This document shows, piece after piece, positions 45,930-49,663 of a stretch of 49,663 nucleotides of DNA. Made by a program: the position numbers and the translations under genes. The DNA is taken from the NCBI RefSeq assembly GCF_004010195.1, contig NC_057718.1:74940117-74989779 (forward strand). Direction: 5' to 3'. How positions within the stretch are numbered: position 1 is the stretch's first letter; each line of letters begins with the position of its first letter. This DNA is from Chiloscyllium plagiosum (lineage: Eukaryota). The notes under the pieces were generated by a model, which was given only the letters and a program-made list of their open reading frames with translations, had not been told where the DNA came from and did no database searches.

Positions 45930-48900
45930 CCCCCGTTTGCCAGCTTTTGGCCCATATCTGTCTAAACCCTTCCTTCTCATGTACCCATCCAGATGCCTTT
46001 CAAAAGATGTCATTAAACCTGTGTCCAGCACTTCCGCTGGCAGCTCATTACACACACACACACACACACACCATGAAAACACCATAAACAAGCCCACCCC
46101 CAGGGAAACGACCTTGACTATTTACCGTTTCCGTGCCTTTTATGATTTTGTAAACCTCTGTAAGGTCACCCCTCGGCCTCCAACGCTTCAGGAAAAAAAG
46201 CTCCAGCCTATTCTGCTTCTCCCTATAGCTCAAATCCTCCAACCCTGGCAACATTCTTGTAAGTCTTTTCTGAGCCCTTTCACATTCAGCAATATCATTC
46301 CTACAACAGGGAGACCAGAATTGAATGCAGTTTTTAAAAAGTGGCCTCATCAATATCCTACATAGCCACAACATGACATTCAACGACTATACTCAGTGCA
46401 CTGATCACAGAAGGCAAGCATGTCAAACATTTTCTTCACCACCCTGTCAACTTGTAACTCCACTTTCAAAGAACAATGCACCGCACCCCTAGGTCTCTTT
46501 TTTCAGCAACACTCCCCAGGGCCCTACGATTGACTGTGTGAATTTTGCCCTGATTTGCATTACCAAAGTGCAGCACCTCACATTTATCTAAATTCAACTT
46601 TATCTGCCACTCCCCAACCCAACCGCCCATCTGATCAAGGTCACTTTGTACTCTGAGATAATGATCTTTGCTGACCACTACACCATCAATTTTGCTGTCA
46701 CCTTCAAATTTACTGACCAGACCTCGTATATTCACACCCAAACCATTTATATAAATTATGAAAAGCAGTGGACCCAGCATCGATCCTTGCAGGACACCAT
46801 TGGTCGCAGAGCTCCAATCCAAAAACAAATCCTCCACCACCACCCTCTGTCTCCTAGCTTCAAGACAAATTTGTATCTGATTGACTAGCTCCACCTGGAT
46901 TTCGTGTGATCTAACCTCATTAACAGGTTACCATGCAGAATCGTGTTGAACGCCTTGCTAAAGTTCATATAGACAATATCTACCAGTCTACCTACATCAA
47001 TCATTTTTGTCACCTCTTCAAAAATCTCAATCACATTAGGGAGACATAATTTCCCACACAATGTCATGTTGACTATCCCTAATGGATATGGGCGGCATGG
47101 TGGCACAGTGGTTAGAAGGGCTAATGCCCGAAACGTCGATTCTTCTGTTCCCTAGATGCTGCCTGACCTGCTGCGCTTCTCCAGCAACACATTTCCATCT
47201 CTGATCTCCAGCATCTGCAACAGTCCAAAGATGTGCAGGTCAGGTGAATTGGCCATGCTAAATTGCCCGTAGTGTTAGGTAAGGGGTAAATGTATGGGTG
47301 GGTTGCAGGTCGGTGTGGACTTGTTGGGCCAAAGGGCCTGTTTCCACACTGTAATGTAATGAAATCAGTTCTTGCCTTTCCAAATGCATGTAAATCCTGT
47401 CCCTCAGGATTCCCTCTAACAACTTACTCCCCACTGACATAAGGCTCATCTGTCTATAGTTCCCTGGTTTTTCCTTACCATCTTTCTTAACTAATGGCAC
47501 CACACTGGGCAACCTCCAATCTTCCAGCAACCCACCAGTGACTATTGATGTGGATCCAACAGCCCCTTCCCTAGTTTTCCACAAAATTCTGGGATAGACC
47601 TGATTTACTGGGGATTTACCGATCTTTATGTTTTTTTAAACATCCAGCCTCCTCTTCTGTAATATGGAGACTTTTCAAGGTATCATTATTTATTTCCACA
47701 AATTATCTATCTTCCATGTCCTTCTCAACAGTACCTACTGATGTGAAATGTCCTTTTAGTATATCACCCAACTCCTGCGGTTCCACAATAGATGGCCTTA
47801 TTGATTTTTAAGGGGCCCTATTCGGTCTTAGTTACTGTTTTGCCCTTAACGTATTTGTGTAATATTCTCAACCTTATTTGCTAAAGCTATCTCATGTCCT
47901 CTTTTTGCCCTCTTGATTTCCTGCTTAAATATACTCCTACTGCCCTTGTACACTTCTAGGGATTTTTTTTCTCAATTCATTCAGGGGATGATGGCATCGC
48001 TGGCTAGGATAGTGCTTATTGCCCCATCCCTAATTGCTCAGAGGGCAATGAAGAGTCAACCACATTGCTGCGGATCTGTAAGCAAGACCAGGTAAGGACC
48101 AGTTTCCTTCCCTAAAGAGTTCCCAGATGGGTTTTTCCAACAAGTGGAAAGAGATTGATGGTCATCATTACATTCTTAATTCCAGATTTTTAAAAAAATG
48201 AAATCAAATTCCACCAGCTGCCATGGTGAGGTTTTGTACCTGGGTCTCTAGTTTAATTGTCCAGTGATAATACTACAAGACCACTTGATTTCAGCTGTCT
48301 ATATCTTCTTATTCTTGACTCAAGCCTCAATTTCTCTGGCCATCCAGCATTCCACACAACTACTACCCTTGCCTTTCACATTAAAAGGAATGTACTGTAT
48401 TTAAACTCTCATTATCTCATTTTTGAAGGCCTCCCACTTTCCAACTATCCCTTTACCTGTGCATCAATGTTTGAAAGTTTCTGCCTAACATCGTCAAAAT
48501 TGGCCTTATTCCAGCTTAGAACTTTAATTTTTAGATCAGGTCTATCCTTTTCCATCACTATTTTAAAACTAGTAGAATTATGATCACTGGCCCCAAAGTG
48601 CTCTCCCTCTGCAACCTCAATCACTTGCCCTGCCTTATTTCCCAAGAGAAAGTCAAGTTTTGCACCTTCTGTACATCCACATATCGAATCAGAAAATATT
48701 CTTGTACATACTTCTCCTCTATCTCAGCCCTTAACACTGTGACAGTCCCAGTCTATGTTTAGAAAGTTAAAATTCCTACCACAATAATCTTCTTATCCTT
48801 ACATATATCTGAGATCTCTTTTCATATTTGCTTCTCAATTTCCTGATGATGACTTATTGGTAATAAAATACCAATAAGATGATCATTCATTTCTTATTTC

Positions 48901-48935
48901 GCAGTTCTGCCCATATAACTTCACTGGATGATCTT
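45930..48935 (-). mobile_element. Long decayed CR1 LINE ORF2 (EN to 3' end) with nested SINEs
   Basis: EHFGASDHNSTSF, WRLPSVVPLVKK..KEKPGNYR, VDIVYMNFSKAFN, GVLQGSMLGPLLFIIYIN, RGDLTEVYKII. Confidence 0.88.
47965..48285 (-). mobile_element. tRNA-derived SINE of a second family (partial plus-strand copy at ~42080-42172)
   Basis: Head-like segment ...CCATGGCAGCTGGTGGAATTT..., and tail ...GGATGGGCAATAAG...TGAATGAA + A-run. Confidence 0.55.
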
Positions 48936-48994
48936 ACTTCCCATCATGGGAGGGTTCAGGTCCAGAGTACATTATCTCAGAATAAGGGCTCACA

Positions 48995-49663
48995 CATAGA
49001 ACATAGAACATAGAAAATTACAGTGCAGTACAGGCCCTTCAGCCCTTGATGTTACGCCGACCTGTCATACTAATCTGAAGCCCATCTAACATACACTATT
49101 CCATGTACGTCCATATGATTGTCCAATGACGACTTAAATGTACTTAAAGTTGGCAAATCTACTACCGTTGCAGGCAAAGCATTCCATATCCTTACTACTT
49201 TCTGAGTAAAGAAACTACCTCTGACATTTGTCCTATAGCTATCACCCCTCAATTTAAAGCTATGCCCCTTCGTGCTTGCCGTCCCCGTACTTGGAAAAAG
49301 GCTCTCCCTGTCCACTCTATCTAACCCTCTGATTGTCCTATATTTCTCTATTAAGTCACCTCTCAACCTTCTTCTCTCTAACGAAAACAGCCTCAAGTCC
49401 CTCAGCCTTTCCTCGTAAGACCTTCCCTCCATACCAGGCAACATCCTAGTAAATCTCCTCTGCACCCTTTCCAAAGCTTCCACATCCTTCTTATAATGCG
49501 GTGACCAGAACTGTACACAATACTCCAAGTGCAGCCTCACTAGAGTTTTGTACAGCTGTAGCATAACCTCATGGTTCTGGAACTCGATCCCTCTATTAAT
49601 AAAAGCTAAAACACTATATGCCTTCTTAACAACCCTGTCAACCTGGGTGGAAACTTTCAAGGA
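48995..49663 (-). mobile_element. Relatively young CR1 3' end (open 196-aa C-terminal ORF2 segment; runs off the window end)
   Basis: VKKAYSVLAFINRGIEF...LYKTLVRLHLEYCVQFWSPHYKKDVEALERVQRRFTRMLPG; (TTCTATG)n tail. Confidence 0.92.

Noticed and set aside
49070..49660. 196-aa ORF as a host gene
   Set aside because: C-terminus of CR1 ORF2, homologous to several other fragments in the window.

Overview
This is a vertebrate, repeat-dense genomic window, almost certainly from a cartilaginous fish (shark), judged from its HE1-type V-SINEs, a SacSINE1-like Deu-SINE and CR1/HER1-type LINEs. The one clear host gene is an intronless serotonin receptor 5-HT1B (htr1b, 20536-21666, +), inside a ~5 kb CpG-rich island free of recognisable transposons. 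Nearly everything else is nested transposon debris: CR1, Rex1/Babar, Gmr1-like Gypsy, a solo LTR, SINEs and Penelope-like elements (PLEs). The most striking hidden structure is a set of well over a dozen intact or decayed minimal type-I hammerhead-ribozyme motifs of two sequence families. Many sit in 110-340 bp fold-back (palindromic) mini-elements flanked by 12-16 bp target-site duplications and derived from PLE termini. In htr1b, the receptor has the rodent-type Asn at position 7.39, and a TGA-C stop is followed by a 182-codon in-frame open extension. An assembly gap lies at 37313-38283. All calls are by eye; repeat boundaries are approximate.
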